From the IMG/VR virus record IMGVR_UViG_3300008113_000007, positions 1 to 64,000 of that record: 64,000 nucleotides of DNA. The stretch is one strand, 5' to 3'. Within the stretch, counting starts at the first letter, position 1. Each line of letters begins with the position of its first letter. The DNA comes from a virus (taxonomy: Duplodnaviria > Heunggongvirae > Uroviricota > Caudoviricetes). Below, piece after piece: positions 34,901 through 45,100 of this stretch. The notes under the pieces are model-generated. The model saw only the letters and a program-made list of their open reading frames with translations. It had not been told where the DNA came from and searched no databases. Both the position numbers and the translations under genes were made by a program.

Positions 34901-37900
34901 AACCGCTTGAACCTGTGCTACCCGATGTTCCTGATGACCCAGATGACCCAGAACTTCCCGTTGAACCGGAACTACCCGATGTTCCGGAAGAACCTCTCGT
35001 TCCCGAAGACCCCGATGAACCAGAGCTACCGGACGAACCTGTAGATCCTGCACTACCCGATGTTCCTGAAGATCCACTACTTCCTGTAGAGCCACTTGAC
35101 CCAGACGAACCTGATGTTCCGCTACTGCCGGACGAACCAGTAGATCCACTTGAACCAGACGAACCTGATGTTCCGCTACTGCCGGATGTACCAGTGGATC
35201 CACTTGAACCAGAAGACCCCGATGTTCCACTACTACCGGATGTACCAGTAGAACCACTGCTCCCTGAAGATCCAGAAGACCCCGATGATCCTCTTGTACC
35301 AGAAGATCCAGAAGACCCTGATGTTCCACTTGAACCAGACGAACCCGATGAACCAGAAGTTCCAGAACTTCCGGATGAACCGGAAGACCCTGATGTTCCG
35401 GAAGAACCGCTCGAGCCCGAAGAACCATTTCCACCGGAAGCACCATCTAAGTTCGTTGTCCAGGATGAAAATGTGCCTGCACCATTTATTTCTGTTACAC
35501 TCAGTACCAAATTACCGGTTGAATCTGAGTAAGAAATCACATCACCGTGAAAGTGATTTGCGTTGGTGTTGGCAACAATCAAATGTTGTGCTATCGAATA
35601 CTCCAATCCAATACTTGTCGTCAGAGAATAGGTGTTTCCTATTATGAGACTGGATAAATTGATAGTATCTGTCGAACTCCCTATGTATTGTGCTGATATT
35701 CCAGATGTACCCGAAGAACCAGATGTTCCGGCACTACCTGAAGAACCAGCAGAGCCACTTGAACCGCGAGTTCCTGATGATCCACTTGAACCCGAAGTTC
35801 CAGACGATCCTGTTGAACCTGAAGTTCCTGCTGAACCTGAAGAACCAGACGATCCTGTAGAACCAGATGTTCCTGCTGAACCTGATGACCCAGACGAACC
35901 TCTTGTTCCGGATGAACCTGAACTTCCTGACGTTCCCGAAGACCCGGAAGAACCAGAAGTTCCTGATGAACCTGATGACCCAGACGAACCAGAAGTTCCT
36001 GCTGAGCCTGAAGAACCAGACGACCCGGTTGAACCAGAAGAACCAGATGTTCCTGTTGACCCTGTTGACCCAGACGACCCTGTTGATCCAGACGATCCAG
36101 AAGTTCCTGCTGAGCCTGTTGACCCAGACGACCCGGTTGAACCAGAAGAACCAGATGTTCCTGTTGACCCTGTTGACCCAGACGACCCTGTTGAACCTGA
36201 TGACCCAGATGTTCCTGATGAACCTGAAGAACCAGACGACCCGGTTGAACCTGATGACCCAGACGACCCTGTTGAACCAGAAGAACCTGAAGTTCCTGAT
36301 GACCCTGTTGAACCTGATGACCCAGACGACCCTGTTGAACCAGAAGAACCAGATGTTCCTGATGACCCTGTTGAACCAGAAGAACCTGAAGTTCCTGATG
36401 ACCCTGTTGAACCAGAAGAACCTGAAGTTCCTGATGACCCAGATGACCCAGACGACCCAGATGACCCAGATGTTCCTGTTGAACCTGATGACCCAGACGA
36501 CCCTGAAGAACCGGACGTTCCGGACGAACCCGCAGACCCGGAAGTTCCAGTTGAACCGGAAGAACCAGATGTACCTGAAGACCCTGAAGAACCAGAAGTT
36601 CCGGATGAACCGGAAGACCCAGATGTTCCTGACGATCCTGTTGATCCTGAAGTTCCAGATGAACCGGACGATCCAGATGTTCCTGACGATCCGGAAGAAC
36701 CAGAAGTTCCTGTAGACCCGGAAGATCCTGTTGAACCTGATGACCCGGAAGACCCGGTTGAACCTGAAGAACCAGAAGTTCCTGCTGACCCAGAAGAACC
36801 AGACGACCCAGAAGTTCCTGACGACCCCGATAAGCTTAAATCACTTCTATATGCAATATAACCGCTACCATCTCTAACTAATATATCCGTCTCGGTTGTA
36901 CCGGATGGTATATTTGGTGCAAATAATGAATTTGCTGCCACCTCAAACATCACAGAACCACCGTCTAAGTTAATTGGTTGTATTCCCAACCCACTTTTGA
37001 ATTGAAAAACGGTATTTGATGTTTCTGAACCTATTACAAATTTATTGGAAGTTGAACTACCATCTGTACCAAACACCGTCGTATATTCTCCGGTTTTTGC
37101 TAAAGTAAATACTATATTTTTGGTATTTGAACCAGATGTGAAATGATATGCCGTTTGTGATGGGCTATTGCTAGCGTCAAAGTTTTCATTTACTGAAAAT
37201 CCATTATCACCTTGAGGAAAAAATTGTTGAGTCCCTATAGAAAAACTATCATTGGCAATTACACTACCATATAGATTTTGCGTTCCTGAAGATGTTCCAA
37301 AATTGGAAGAACCAATCATTGTTAACAAACTACCATCAAATGTTAGATTACCTTCAGCAACCGCGGCGTTTGTAGTTCCATCCGATGTCAATAATCTGTT
37401 ATCAGACGGATTTGAAATTGTGTCAAATCCTGTTCCACTAGTTCCTGAAGAACCTGCTGACCCAGACGATCCGGACGAACCAGAACTTCCTTCGGTCCCT
37501 GATGTTCCGGATGAGCCTGAACTACCAGAAGAGCCAGAGCTTCCTTCGGTTCCTGATGTCCCTGATGAACCTGAGCTACCGGCGGAGCCTGAAGTACCAG
37601 AAGAACCGGATGAACCTGTAGAACCGGAAGTTCCTGATGAACCTGTGCTACCAGAAGATCCTGATGTTCCTGCAGAACCAGAACTTCCTTCGGTCCCTGA
37701 TGTTCCTGCAGAACCAGAGCTTCCTGACGTACCCGATGAGCCAGAAGATCCTGATGTTCCTGATGAACCGTCGCCCCCTGTTGTACCGTCAAGATTTATT
37801 GTGAAATCCGGTCCGTTTGGACTACCGTAGACGTACTTCACTATCACGTACATATCACCGGTCGCGGGATTGTAACTCTGTATTATTCCTTCCAAATAGT

Positions 37901-38528
37901 TGTAGGCGTCCTCCGCCGCCACTATTGACTGCCCGACTGTGTACGCAAGGCCAGTGTCGAGTGACTCAAATAGTATTACGTCGTCAATGTTTGGAACCGA
38001 CATCGTGTGGACGGTTTCGGTCTTATATTTCTCCGATGTGCCGGACGTGCCTGAAGAACCGGATGTACCTGAAGATCCTGACGAACCACTCGAACCTCCT
38101 GTACCTGAAGATCCTGACGAACCACTCGAACCGCTTGAACCTCTTGTACCTGACGATCCGGAAGAACCAGAGCTTCCAGACGAACCTGATGTTCCGGAAG
38201 AACCGCCTTCCCCTGAAGAACCAGATGAACCAGTGGTTCCTGAAGAACCTGATGTTCCTATGCCTGATGTTCCTGAAGAGCCGATGCCTGATGTTCCTGA
38301 GGATCCAGCGACGCCTGTTCCTGATGTGCCTGAGCTGCCGGGAAGACCGGATGTGCCTGTTTGTCCTGAAGTTCCGGAAGAGCCTGGAACGTTACCGAGG
38401 CCTCCTGCGCTGCCTATGTTTAATACGTTTCCGAAACCGTCGTAATAGACGCCATTTATTATCTGTACTAGTCGGCCAAAGCCGTCGGTTGCCAGGTTTC
38501 GTATCTGGTATTTGGGGTTCCTCGACAA
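31989..38528 (-). CDS. giant fiber protein (2179 aa): N-terminal anchor motif, four long collagen-like (G-S/T-S/T)n segments alternating with globular knobs, and four C-terminal ~170-aa fiber-repeat modules
   Basis: Continuous minus-strand ORF with TTG start at 38528 and a late-like box at ~38551-38560; hundreds of Gly-X-Y triplets with X,Y = Ser/Thr/Ala; repeated 'TANTTTVPLI(I/L)ASGSSTQDLLRITQTGTGNA(F/L)VVED..NPD..PF(V/I)I...GNVGIG' modules. Confidence 0.8.
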   Translation of the reverse strand: MSRNPKYQIRNLATDGFGRLVQIINGVYYDGFGNVLNIGSAGGLGNVPGSSGTSGQTGTSGLPGSSGTSGTGVAGSSGTSGIGSSGTSGIGTSGSSGTTGSSGSSGEGGSSGTSGSSGSSGSSGSSGTRGSSGSSGSSGSSGTGGSSGSSGSSGTSGSSGTSGTSEKYKTETVHTMSVPNIDDVILFESLDTGLAYTVGQSIVAAEDAYNYLEGIIQSYNPATGDMYVIVKYVYGSPNGPDFTINLDGTTGGDGSSGTSGSSGSSGTSGSSGSAGTSGTEGSSGSAGTSGSSGSTGSSGTSGSTGSSGSSGTSGSAGSSGSSGTSGTEGSSGSSGSSGSSGTSGTEGSSGSSGSSGSAGSSGTSGTGFDTISNPSDNRLLTSDGTTNAAVAEGNLTFDGSLLTMIGSSNFGTSSGTQNLYGSVIANDSFSIGTQQFFPQGDNGFSVNENFDASNSPSQTAYHFTSGSNTKNIVFTLAKTGEYTTVFGTDGSSTSNKFVIGSETSNTVFQFKSGLGIQPINLDGGSVMFEVAANSLFAPNIPSGTTETDILVRDGSGYIAYRSDLSLSGSSGTSGSSGSSGSAGTSGSSGSTGSSGSSGSTGSSGSTGTSGSSGSSGTSGSSGSSGTSGSTGSSGTSGSSGSSGTSGSSGSSGTSGSSGSTGTSGSAGSSGTSGSSGSSGSSGSTGTSGSSGSSGSSGSSGTSGSSGSTGSSGTSGSSGSTGSSGTSGSSGSTGSSGSSGSTGSSGTSGSSGSTGSSGSSGSTGSSGSSGSSGTSGSSGSTGSSGSTGSTGTSGSSGSTGSSGSTGSAGTSGSSGSTGSSGSTGSTGTSGSSGSTGSSGSSGSAGTSGSSGSSGSSGTSGSSGSSGTSGSSGSSGTRGSSGSSGSAGTSGSTGSSGSSGSAGTSGSTGSSGTSGSSGSSGTRGSSGSAGSSGSAGTSGSSGTSGISAQYIGSSTDTINLSSLIIGNTYSLTTSIGLEYSIAQHLIVANTNANHFHGDVISYSDSTGNLVLSVTEINGAGTFSSWTTNLDGASGGNGSSGSSGSSGTSGSSGSSGSSGTSGSSGSSGSSGTSGSSGSSGTRGSSGSSGSSGSSGSTGTSGSSGTSGSSGSSGSTGTSGSSGTSGSSGSSGSTGSSGSSGTSGSSGSSGSTGSSGSSGTSGSAGSTGSSGSSGSSGSSGTRGSSGTSGSSGSTGSSGSSGSSGTSGSTGSSGSTGSSGSSGTSGSTGSSGSSGSTGSSGSSGTSGSSGSSGSTGSSGSSGSSGTSGTSGSTGSSGSTGSSGSSGTSGSTGSSGSSGSTGSSGSSGTSGSSGSSGTRGSSGTSGSTGSSGSTGTSGVNGIDSASFEYTYSTTITASDPGSGFFRLNNLTMGSATALYIDRFDRNGNNDLQNFFSSLANYGSASRRGFIKITKQSDLTWFHTYEFSATTDNTGWWTITISNVIADANFTNNDLCFVSFNVSGQSGSSGSSGTSGSSGSTGSSGSSGSSGTSGSSGSTGSSGSSGNTGSSGSSGTSGSTGSSGSSGNSGSSGTSGSSGSSGTRGSSGSSGTSGSSGTSGLLSLTGTTDNGVITLNGSAPNATVESNLTFDGNTLRLTANTTTVPLILASGSSTQDLLRITQTGTGNAFVVEDATNPDSSPFVIDNAGNVGIGLSTPSAFGYKAYVLATNGGIFGDSATKVGLYGRTNTPGSQAAGVEALAYGDSVGTYFGIKASAYPSDTPSNGNTYIAGSFYADGFGENAYALRLQDGSQDTNKILTSVNASGDTNWSSNIYVTSIIASASSTGDVVRITQTGTGNALVVEDSANPDVTPFIITAAGNVGVGTASPSTGLHVFSTTSGAVRIVDGTQQAGYVLTSDANGVATWQASSGGGTTVTNFGDNRVVTSTGTTTGLNGEANLTFDGNTLRATANTTTVPLIIASGSSSQDLLRITQTGTGSSLVVEDSSNPDTTPFIITADGRLKTGTTNDGLSARIYSVSTSYGIETYGPLAGLYALGATSAIQAFASSDGDTYGIVTNAFSDAGGGTVAGIVANSSDDLFGIGTYIGGIFNVQTTSFQTKYSVRLIDGTEGTNKVLVSQDNIGSANWQSALTLTGLVVSSASSTDLVRITQTGTGNALVVEDSANPDATPFIVHSTGNVGIGTASPATTLHVQGSMELTGTFSGNNSNFVEANLITQTVLLYMSNNT

Positions 38529-38550
38529 AAGATATACTCTTTTTTGAGGT

Positions 38551-38560
38551 TATATATTAA
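38551..38560 (-). promoter_or_regulatory. late-promoter-like box (minus strand reads TTAATATATA) upstream of the giant fiber gene
   Basis: Motif family; ~23 nt upstream of the start. Confidence 0.35.
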
Positions 38561-38585
38561 ATCCTGGATACTGCCAATGGATTAA

Positions 38586-39563
38586 CTAAAAGGATGTTAT
38601 TATAACGAGACCGTCTCCGCCTCTTCCACCTGCCCCCGATATCGTCGTAGTACCTGTTGTTTGATTGGCACCGCCACCACCGCCACCACCGCATCCGATG
38701 GCACCGTCTCCACCTTTCCCCGCTATTACGGTTCCTGATGCTCCAACTACTCCGCCGGTGGCCGCGCCTCCTGTGAAGACCAGTGGATTTCTGTTCGTGT
38801 AAGACTTGCCCGGCATCCGGAGAATGAATCCGTCGGGTGCGTTGCTTCCGGTGAAACTTCCCGCCGGGGCGTTGCCTGCTATGCCCGAGAGCGTCGGCAC
38901 AATGCCGCTTCCGGTTATCGAACCGCCGCTCGAAACTCCGGTACCCGCCGAGGTCCCGCCGCCTCCGGCGCCACCGCTGACTATCTTAGTAACGGACACG
39001 GAATCGCCTGCGGTCACGTTCGTGTTTCCGGAGCCGCCTGCCTGGCCCGCCACAGCGGAGATTTGTCCGAGGTTTACGAACGCGCCGGTTCCTGTCCAGA
39101 TTGTCTCACCGGATCCGACGTTACCATCCCCGGTTGTTCCTCCACCGCCCCCAGTGGCGGCGACGTTACCGCTCTGCATCACTATGTATGATGTCGAAGT
39201 TGTCGCGCCCAATGAAACGTAGCTGATCTCGCCACTTCCTCCGTTACCACCGTTTGCCTGTATCGATTGTGCTGACCCGCCAACACCGCCAGTTCCTACC
39301 TGCACATAAAGTACATCCGGTAGAAGGTCTGCCTGAAAGAAGCCGACCGAGACGGCACCGGAGCCACCTCCACCACCACCTGCTGTGGTGTTAGATGTAG
39401 ACCTCCTGCCACCTCCGCCACCGCCACCGGAGCCTATAACCACCATGTAGACGAACTTGCAGTTGTTCGGCTTTTTCCATATCTGCCAATTGACTACGTC
39501 TGCCGAGCCAAAGAAAACCTGGTTGTTCATCGAGTCGTCGGGAAGGTTGTTTATGTCAATCAT
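38586..39563 (-). CDS. Gly-rich fiber/spike-like protein, paralog 1 of 3
   Basis: Conserved N-terminus 'MIDINNLP...NWQIWKKPNNC', poly-Gly tracts, C-terminal 'GGRGGDGLVIITSF' (RTX-like GGxGxDxUx nonapeptide). Confidence 0.55.
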   Translation of the reverse strand: MIDINNLPDDSMNNQVFFGSADVVNWQIWKKPNNCKFVYMVVIGSGGGGGGGRRSTSNTTAGGGGGGSGAVSVGFFQADLLPDVLYVQVGTGGVGGSAQSIQANGGNGGSGEISYVSLGATTSTSYIVMQSGNVAATGGGGGTTGDGNVGSGETIWTGTGAFVNLGQISAVAGQAGGSGNTNVTAGDSVSVTKIVSGGAGGGGTSAGTGVSSGGSITGSGIVPTLSGIAGNAPAGSFTGSNAPDGFILRMPGKSYTNRNPLVFTGGAATGGVVGASGTVIAGKGGDGAIGCGGGGGGGANQTTGTTTISGAGGRGGDGLVIITSF

Positions 39564-39564
39564 A

Positions 39565-40509
39565 TCAAGTGCATGTTATTATTATCAGTCCGTCGCCACC
39601 CTTGCCACCAGGACCGCTACCGTTTGTTATTCCGGCGCCGCCACCACCGCCACCACCTCCGTAGATCGCGTTGCCTCCCGCGCCGCCTGAGCCGCCGTCA
39701 GAGGATCCGCCTCCGGAACCGCCCGCGAGGAAGAAATTCTCTACGGAGTAAGTCGTGGCGGCTGATGGATAGCAGGTCAAGAACGTGCTGCCCGCGCCGC
39801 CTGCCACAGTGCTTCCGGCAGAGCCGCCTGCAGGTCCGCCAACAATTGTCGGTACGCTGCCGGTTCCTGTTATGTTCGCACCTTTTATCGATGTTGCACC
39901 GTTTGTTCCCGCTCCGGCGCCGCCGCCTGTCAATATTCCCGATATTGTTATGTCAGTTGGAGCACCCGGTGCCGTTCCCGTGCCGCCTGCCTGGCCTGCC
40001 ACAGGAACTATCAGTCCGAATATCAGTATGTTTGTCGACGCCTCGACCCATATTGTTCCTGCCGCGCCTCCCGTCGATGGGTTCGTGGCACCCGCTATGC
40101 CACCTCTTGCGGCAACGCTTCCGCTTTGTATCAATATGTTTGCGGGTGTTGTGTTCGGTTGTATCGACACGTACGATATCGAGCCTGTCGCGCCGTTCGT
40201 GACCGATGTCCCTCCTGATCCTCCTGCGCCACCTGGCCCTACCTGAAGGTAAAGTGTGTCCGGTAGATAGGTCGCCGGAAAGAGTGCGTTCGTATACGCC
40301 GCTGATCCCCCGCCACCTCCGCCTCTCCTGGCAGTTCCAGTTCCTGCACCCTGGCCGCCGCCTCCACCGCCACCGCCACCGAGGCAGAATATGTGTACGA
40401 ACCTGCAGTTGTGTGGCTTGTTCCACACCTGCCAGTCAGAGGTCGAACCTCCTGAGGTGAATACCTGCCTGTTCGTGACGTTAGTTGGTAAATGGTTGTC
40501 GTATATCAT
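39565..40509 (-). CDS. Gly-rich fiber/spike-like protein, paralog 2 of 3
   Basis: 'MIYDNHLP...DWQVWNKPHNC', poly-Gly, C-terminal 'GGKGGDGLIIITCT'. Confidence 0.55.
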   Translation of the reverse strand: MIYDNHLPTNVTNRQVFTSGGSTSDWQVWNKPHNCRFVHIFCLGGGGGGGGGQGAGTGTARRGGGGGGSAAYTNALFPATYLPDTLYLQVGPGGAGGSGGTSVTNGATGSISYVSIQPNTTPANILIQSGSVAARGGIAGATNPSTGGAAGTIWVEASTNILIFGLIVPVAGQAGGTGTAPGAPTDITISGILTGGGAGAGTNGATSIKGANITGTGSVPTIVGGPAGGSAGSTVAGGAGSTFLTCYPSAATTYSVENFFLAGGSGGGSSDGGSGGAGGNAIYGGGGGGGGAGITNGSGPGGKGGDGLIIITCT

Positions 40510-40513
40510 GTCT

Positions 40514-41461
40514 CTAATGCCAGGTTATTATGACGAGCCCGTCGCCTCCTTTTCCGCCACCGCCAGCACCGCCGACGGAGTTACTCCCGTTACCTCCTCC
40601 GCCTCCGCCACAACCGTATCCGCCGTTTCCACCTCTTCCGCCCTGATTGGCGTTCGCCGCTCCACCGCCAGAACCTCCCGTGAAAAAGAGCGGTTTGTCC
40701 GGGTTTAGTAGCCAGACTACACCGTTTTGACCGTCACTTCCGACCGCACTGGAAGAGCCCGCCCTAGCACCGGCGGTGACGCTCGGTGCTGGTCCGTACG
40801 CAGCGACCGAACCGCCGTCGAAAAGCGTGGCCGTCGTGTTCTTTCCGCCTCCGCCCGCACCTGGTGATAGTATCAGAGTTGGTGTTATTGATGTACCTGC
40901 GGCACCTGCGTTACCGGCGCCACCAATCGCTCCCGCCGCACCGCTGACCATTGCCATCTGTGAGATTGTTGATGTGGCAAGAGTGAAAACAGTTCCGGCC
41001 GATCCTCCAGCACCTGACGCGGCACCGCCACCGGGTGCGGCGTTTCCACTTGCAAGTATAAGATCGGATATGAATGTCGAACCCGGTGTTGAACTTACAT
41101 AGGAAAGAGAACCGGCAGAGCCTGCCGCAGTAGAAAGCCCAGATGGTGCTCCGGCACCACCGTATCCTACCTGTATGTAGAGTGTGTCTGGAAGGTACAT
41201 CGCCGGGAACACAGCGTATGCGTAGGCAGAGCTACCGCCTCCTCCTCCACCTGCCACGTTGGCACCGCCTCCTCCGTTTAGCTGTGTCGGTCCTGAGCCA
41301 CCTCCGCCACCTCCACCGATTGCCATTATGGCGACGATACTTGCACTTTGTGGTTTTTGCCAGGTCTGCCATGCAGTACCACTGGCGTAGAATGCCTGAG
41401 TGAATTTCTCAGTCGGAAGGTTCTGTAGATCAATCATTGTTTCGCAGCCATTCTGGTACAA
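40514..41461 (-). CDS. Gly-rich fiber/spike-like protein, paralog 3 of 3
   Basis: 'MIDLQNLP...WQTWQKPQS', poly-Gly, C-terminal 'GGKGGDGLVIITWH'. Confidence 0.55.
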   Translation of the reverse strand: MYQNGCETMIDLQNLPTEKFTQAFYASGTAWQTWQKPQSASIVAIMAIGGGGGGGSGPTQLNGGGGANVAGGGGGGSSAYAYAVFPAMYLPDTLYIQVGYGGAGAPSGLSTAAGSAGSLSYVSSTPGSTFISDLILASGNAAPGGGAASGAGGSAGTVFTLATSTISQMAMVSGAAGAIGGAGNAGAAGTSITPTLILSPGAGGGGKNTTATLFDGGSVAAYGPAPSVTAGARAGSSSAVGSDGQNGVVWLLNPDKPLFFTGGSGGGAANANQGGRGGNGGYGCGGGGGGNGSNSVGGAGGGGKGGDGLVIITWH

Positions 41462-41654
41462 GTGCCTCCGATGCGTCTACCAGAATTGAGTTCGATACGT
41501 CAGTTTCTGAGATATCGATTGTGTCTCCGTTCGAATTGGCAAACCTCGTAAGCTCCTCATTTATATACTCTTTGTAAAATAGAGTTTCGACTTCCGCTGA
41601 CGTAAATGACCATAGTTCGTACCTAAGATAGTATTGCCTTATGTCATTTATCAT
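41430..41654 (-). CDS. small hypothetical protein
   Basis: ORF overlapping the end of the upstream paralog. Confidence 0.3.
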   Translation of the reverse strand: MINDIRQYYLRYELWSFTSAEVETLFYKEYINEELTRFANSNGDTIDISETDVSNSILVDASEALVPEWLRNND

Positions 41655-41660
41655 ACGTCC

Positions 41661-42077
41661 TTAGTATTTTCCTCCTATGACACTCACTGCATATCCAGCG
41701 GATGCGGTCACACCCAAAGTGACGAATAAGCGGTAACTCGGTGGTAGAGCAAAGTTAAGCGGTAACTCGGTCGTACTGAGCGCACTGGTCTCGGAGACTG
41801 TTGTCGCCGCCAGCGATACCTCGTCAAAAAGCACGTTGTTTGCGGCCGTGCCAGTACTCGAGCCGTTGTTTATCCATAGCCTCGCCACGGTGGCCTGATT
41901 TGTGCCGAGTGGCCTGAATCTGATCCTCTGAACGTATCCGCCGTTCGTAGAGTCTGCAACAAATACAGAATAGGTGATACCCGTCGTCAGGTCCTTTGTC
42001 GTGTTGGCGGCGGAAGCCGAAGCACCCGACCACTGAATGTCTCCTATTCTCGAAAAGATTGGTTGGTTGTTTGGCAT
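41661..42077 (-). CDS. small beta-rich structural protein, fifth member of the 'W(L/I)N(D/N)G' paralog family
   Basis: 'YVQRIRFRPLGTNQATVARLWINNGSSTG' aligns with 'DRRVYGISIVNTSAASAQTVTIWLNDGT'. Confidence 0.45.
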   Translation of the reverse strand: MPNNQPIFSRIGDIQWSGASASAANTTKDLTTGITYSVFVADSTNGGYVQRIRFRPLGTNQATVARLWINNGSSTGTAANNVLFDEVSLAATTVSETSALSTTELPLNFALPPSYRLFVTLGVTASAGYAVSVIGGKY

Positions 42078-42113
42078 TGTTGACGTTTTATTTTATATAT
42101 CTTTTACTTCTCT

Positions 42114-45100
42114 TTATGTCAGGTAATTGAAGTTGGTCATTACGTAAGTCATTCCGTAGTTGAAAAGAGCAGGCGATGTCGAGTCGCTGTAGTTCACGTA
42201 CCCCGAAGTGTCTCTGGTTAGTATCTGAGTGTTTGTTGTCGAGTAAGTTGGCGTGTTGCTTATCCTCAGCGAAGTTACGCTTATGTCGCTCTTCCAGTTT
42301 GCCTTCCCGTCTGATGAAACGGATGTCAGTAGCTTGTCCACACCTTCCGTACCATCGACGAGTCTAATTGAGTAGTTAGTTCCGTTCGCCGAGCCAGCAA
42401 CAAAGTATGCACCGATATATGTTCCACTACCAGTATCGTTCTCAATCGCGAAACCTTGTACACCAATCTGTGTTCCTGTATCCGATTGTGCTATACCGTA
42501 TACACCTATATCTCCTTGTCCTTTAACTCCAGCGTTGGCACCGGTACCCACACCTACGATTCCGGTCCCGTTGGTTGAGTAACCGTATATCGCCGGGTTT
42601 GTCGAGTCTTGTACGTATAGACGACCTGCAGCGGGATTTGCACCTATACCCACGCTTCCAATCGAGTTGATTACGAACATTGTTCCGTCTGGATTTGCAC
42701 TATCTTCGACTACGAAGGCGTTTCCGGTTCCGGTCTGCGTTATTCTTACCAGGTCCTGCGTAGAGGATCCGGAAGCTATGATGAGGGGTACGGTAGTTGT
42801 GTTCGCGTTCAATTTCAACGTGTTCTGGAAAATCTCCATCACATTGCTCGGCGTTGTGCCGCTTGGTGCTATGTATCCAAACTCTATTTTGTTGTCGTTT
42901 GTTGAAGTGCCGACGCTTTGTGAGACCAGCCAGCTACCCATTCCGACTTCATCTTTTATGAACGTTGATCCGTTGTACTGTATGTTTGACGTCCATGCGT
43001 GGTTGTTGTTCTTCCACGAGAAGAAGCTAGTGTCTGTGTCGCCGGAGTTTATGCTGGATATGAGTAGCCTAGCCGCTCTACTGGAATTCAATGCGACGTA
43101 AAGGTCACCGTAAATATTTGTTGTGTATGGTAAGGTTATGCTCGATCCTGTGTCAATAATCGAAGAAGTTCCGATTGTCGTGGTCGATGTGAACTTTACA
43201 AGTTTGTTAGTTTCACCGGTTATAGATAGTGAGGTTCCAGAAGTTCCTGAACTACCACTTGATCCAGAGGTCCCGGATGAACCACTTTCACCAGAGGAAC
43301 CGCTGGAACCAGAAGAACCTGAGCTACCAGACGTACCGGAAGATCCAGAGCCGGCACCTCCTGTTTGGTCTACCCATTGCGTGTTGTAGTCGGTTGCATC
43401 TATTTTTGCTAATACTTGACCACTTGTTCCGCCGGCAGGTACTCCAAATCCAGATGTTCCTGAAGAACCTGTGCTTCCTGAAGATCCAGATGTACCGGCT
43501 GAACCAGAGGATCCCGTCGAACCTGAACTACCGGAACTTCCGGCTGAACCGCTAGTACCTGAACTACCGGATGAACCTGATGTTCCAGACGAGCCAGTCT
43601 CACCGGAACTACCGGATGAACCAGCACTACCACTGCTACCACTAAAACCTGAGGATCCTGAAGTTCCGGATGAACCTGAGAATCCAGAGGATCCGGTCTC
43701 GCCGGAACTACCGGATGATCCTGTAGAGCCAGAAGTTCCGGATGAACCAGTTGAACCTGAGGATCCTGATGTTCCTGACGATCCGGTCTCACCAGAGCTT
43801 CCTGAACTACCGGACGATCCGGTGGACCCTGAACTACCTGAAGATCCTGAGCTGCCTGACGTACCAGACGAGCCAGACTCACCAGAGCTTCCAGAACTAC
43901 CGGACGATCCGGTCTCACCAGAGCTTCCGGAACTACCGGACGATCCGGTAGAACCCGAAGTTCCAGATGATCCGGTTTCACCTGAACTACCTGACGAGCC
44001 GGTGGATCCTGAACTACCTGAAGATCCTGAGCTGCCTGACGTACCAGACGAGCCTGTCGATCCAGAGGTTCCCGAGGAACCGGAGAGACCTGTTTCGCCG
44101 GAGCTTCCAGAGGATCCAGTGGACCCCGAGGTTCCCGAAGAACCTGAGCTACCTGACGTACCAGACGAGCCTGTTTCGCCGGAGCTTCCGGAACTACCCG
44201 AAGAACCTGTCGATCCAGAAGTTCCTGTTGAGCCAGAACTACCAGAAGATCCGGTCGAACCAGAACTACCGGAAGAACCTGACGTACCGGAAGAACCGCT
44301 TTCACCAGAGCTTCCAGAGCTACCGGAAGAACCTGTACTACCGGAAGAACCTGTACTACCGGAAGAACCTGTACTACCGGAAGAACCACTTGTACCAGAT
44401 GAACCATTTTCACCAGAACTACCTGAAGATCCTGACGTACCGGAAGAGCCGCTTTCGCCCGATGAACCGCTCGAACCTGTAGAGCCTGAACTACCAGATG
44501 TTCCTGCCGAACCGGAAGAGCCGGTCGAGCCTGAACTACCAGAGGAACCAGAAGTTCCTGAGGATCCATCTTGGCCCGAGCTTCCCGAAGTTCCTGTAGA
44601 GCCTGAGCTTCCGGATGAACCGGTGCTTCCGGATGAGCCTGTGCTACCACTCGTACCGGACGAACCATTCTCTCCGCTGCTACCGGATGAACCTGTGCTA
44701 CCGGATGAACCGGAAGTTCCTGTTGAACCTGAACTTCCTGAAGATCCAGTCGAGCCAGATGAACCCGAGCTTCCGCTTGTACCAGAAGAACCATTCTCTC
44801 CACTACTACCTGATGAACCCGAGCTTCCGGTGCTACCTGATGAACCCGAGCTTCCGGTGCTACCTGAAGACCCTGTGCTACCGGATGAGCCTGTGCTACC
44901 GCTAGTGCCAGACGAACCATTCTCTCCGCTGCTACCAGATGAACCTGTGCTTCCGGATGAACCAGAAGTTCCTGTTGAACCTGAACTTCCTGAAGAGCCA
45001 GTCGAGCCAGAAGAGCCAGAGGATCCACTGGTACCCGAAGAGCCGTCCTGCCCGCTGCTTCCTGAGGAGCCTGTGCTACCGGCCGTACCTGAGCTTCCTG

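Noticed and set aside
33613-38445. Plus-strand ORFs encoding Pro/Glu/Asp/Val-rich 'PEEPDVPEDP...' proteins (33613..34284, 34564..35532, 35632..36861, 37252..37830, 37939..38445) and other-frame ORFs (34529..35446, 35867..36715)
   Set aside because: They are the reverse complement or frame-shifted reading of the (GGN-AGY-AGY)n collagen-like repeats of the 2179-aa minus-strand gene. Their periodicity and low complexity mirror the genuine ORF, and no start or promoter context supports them.
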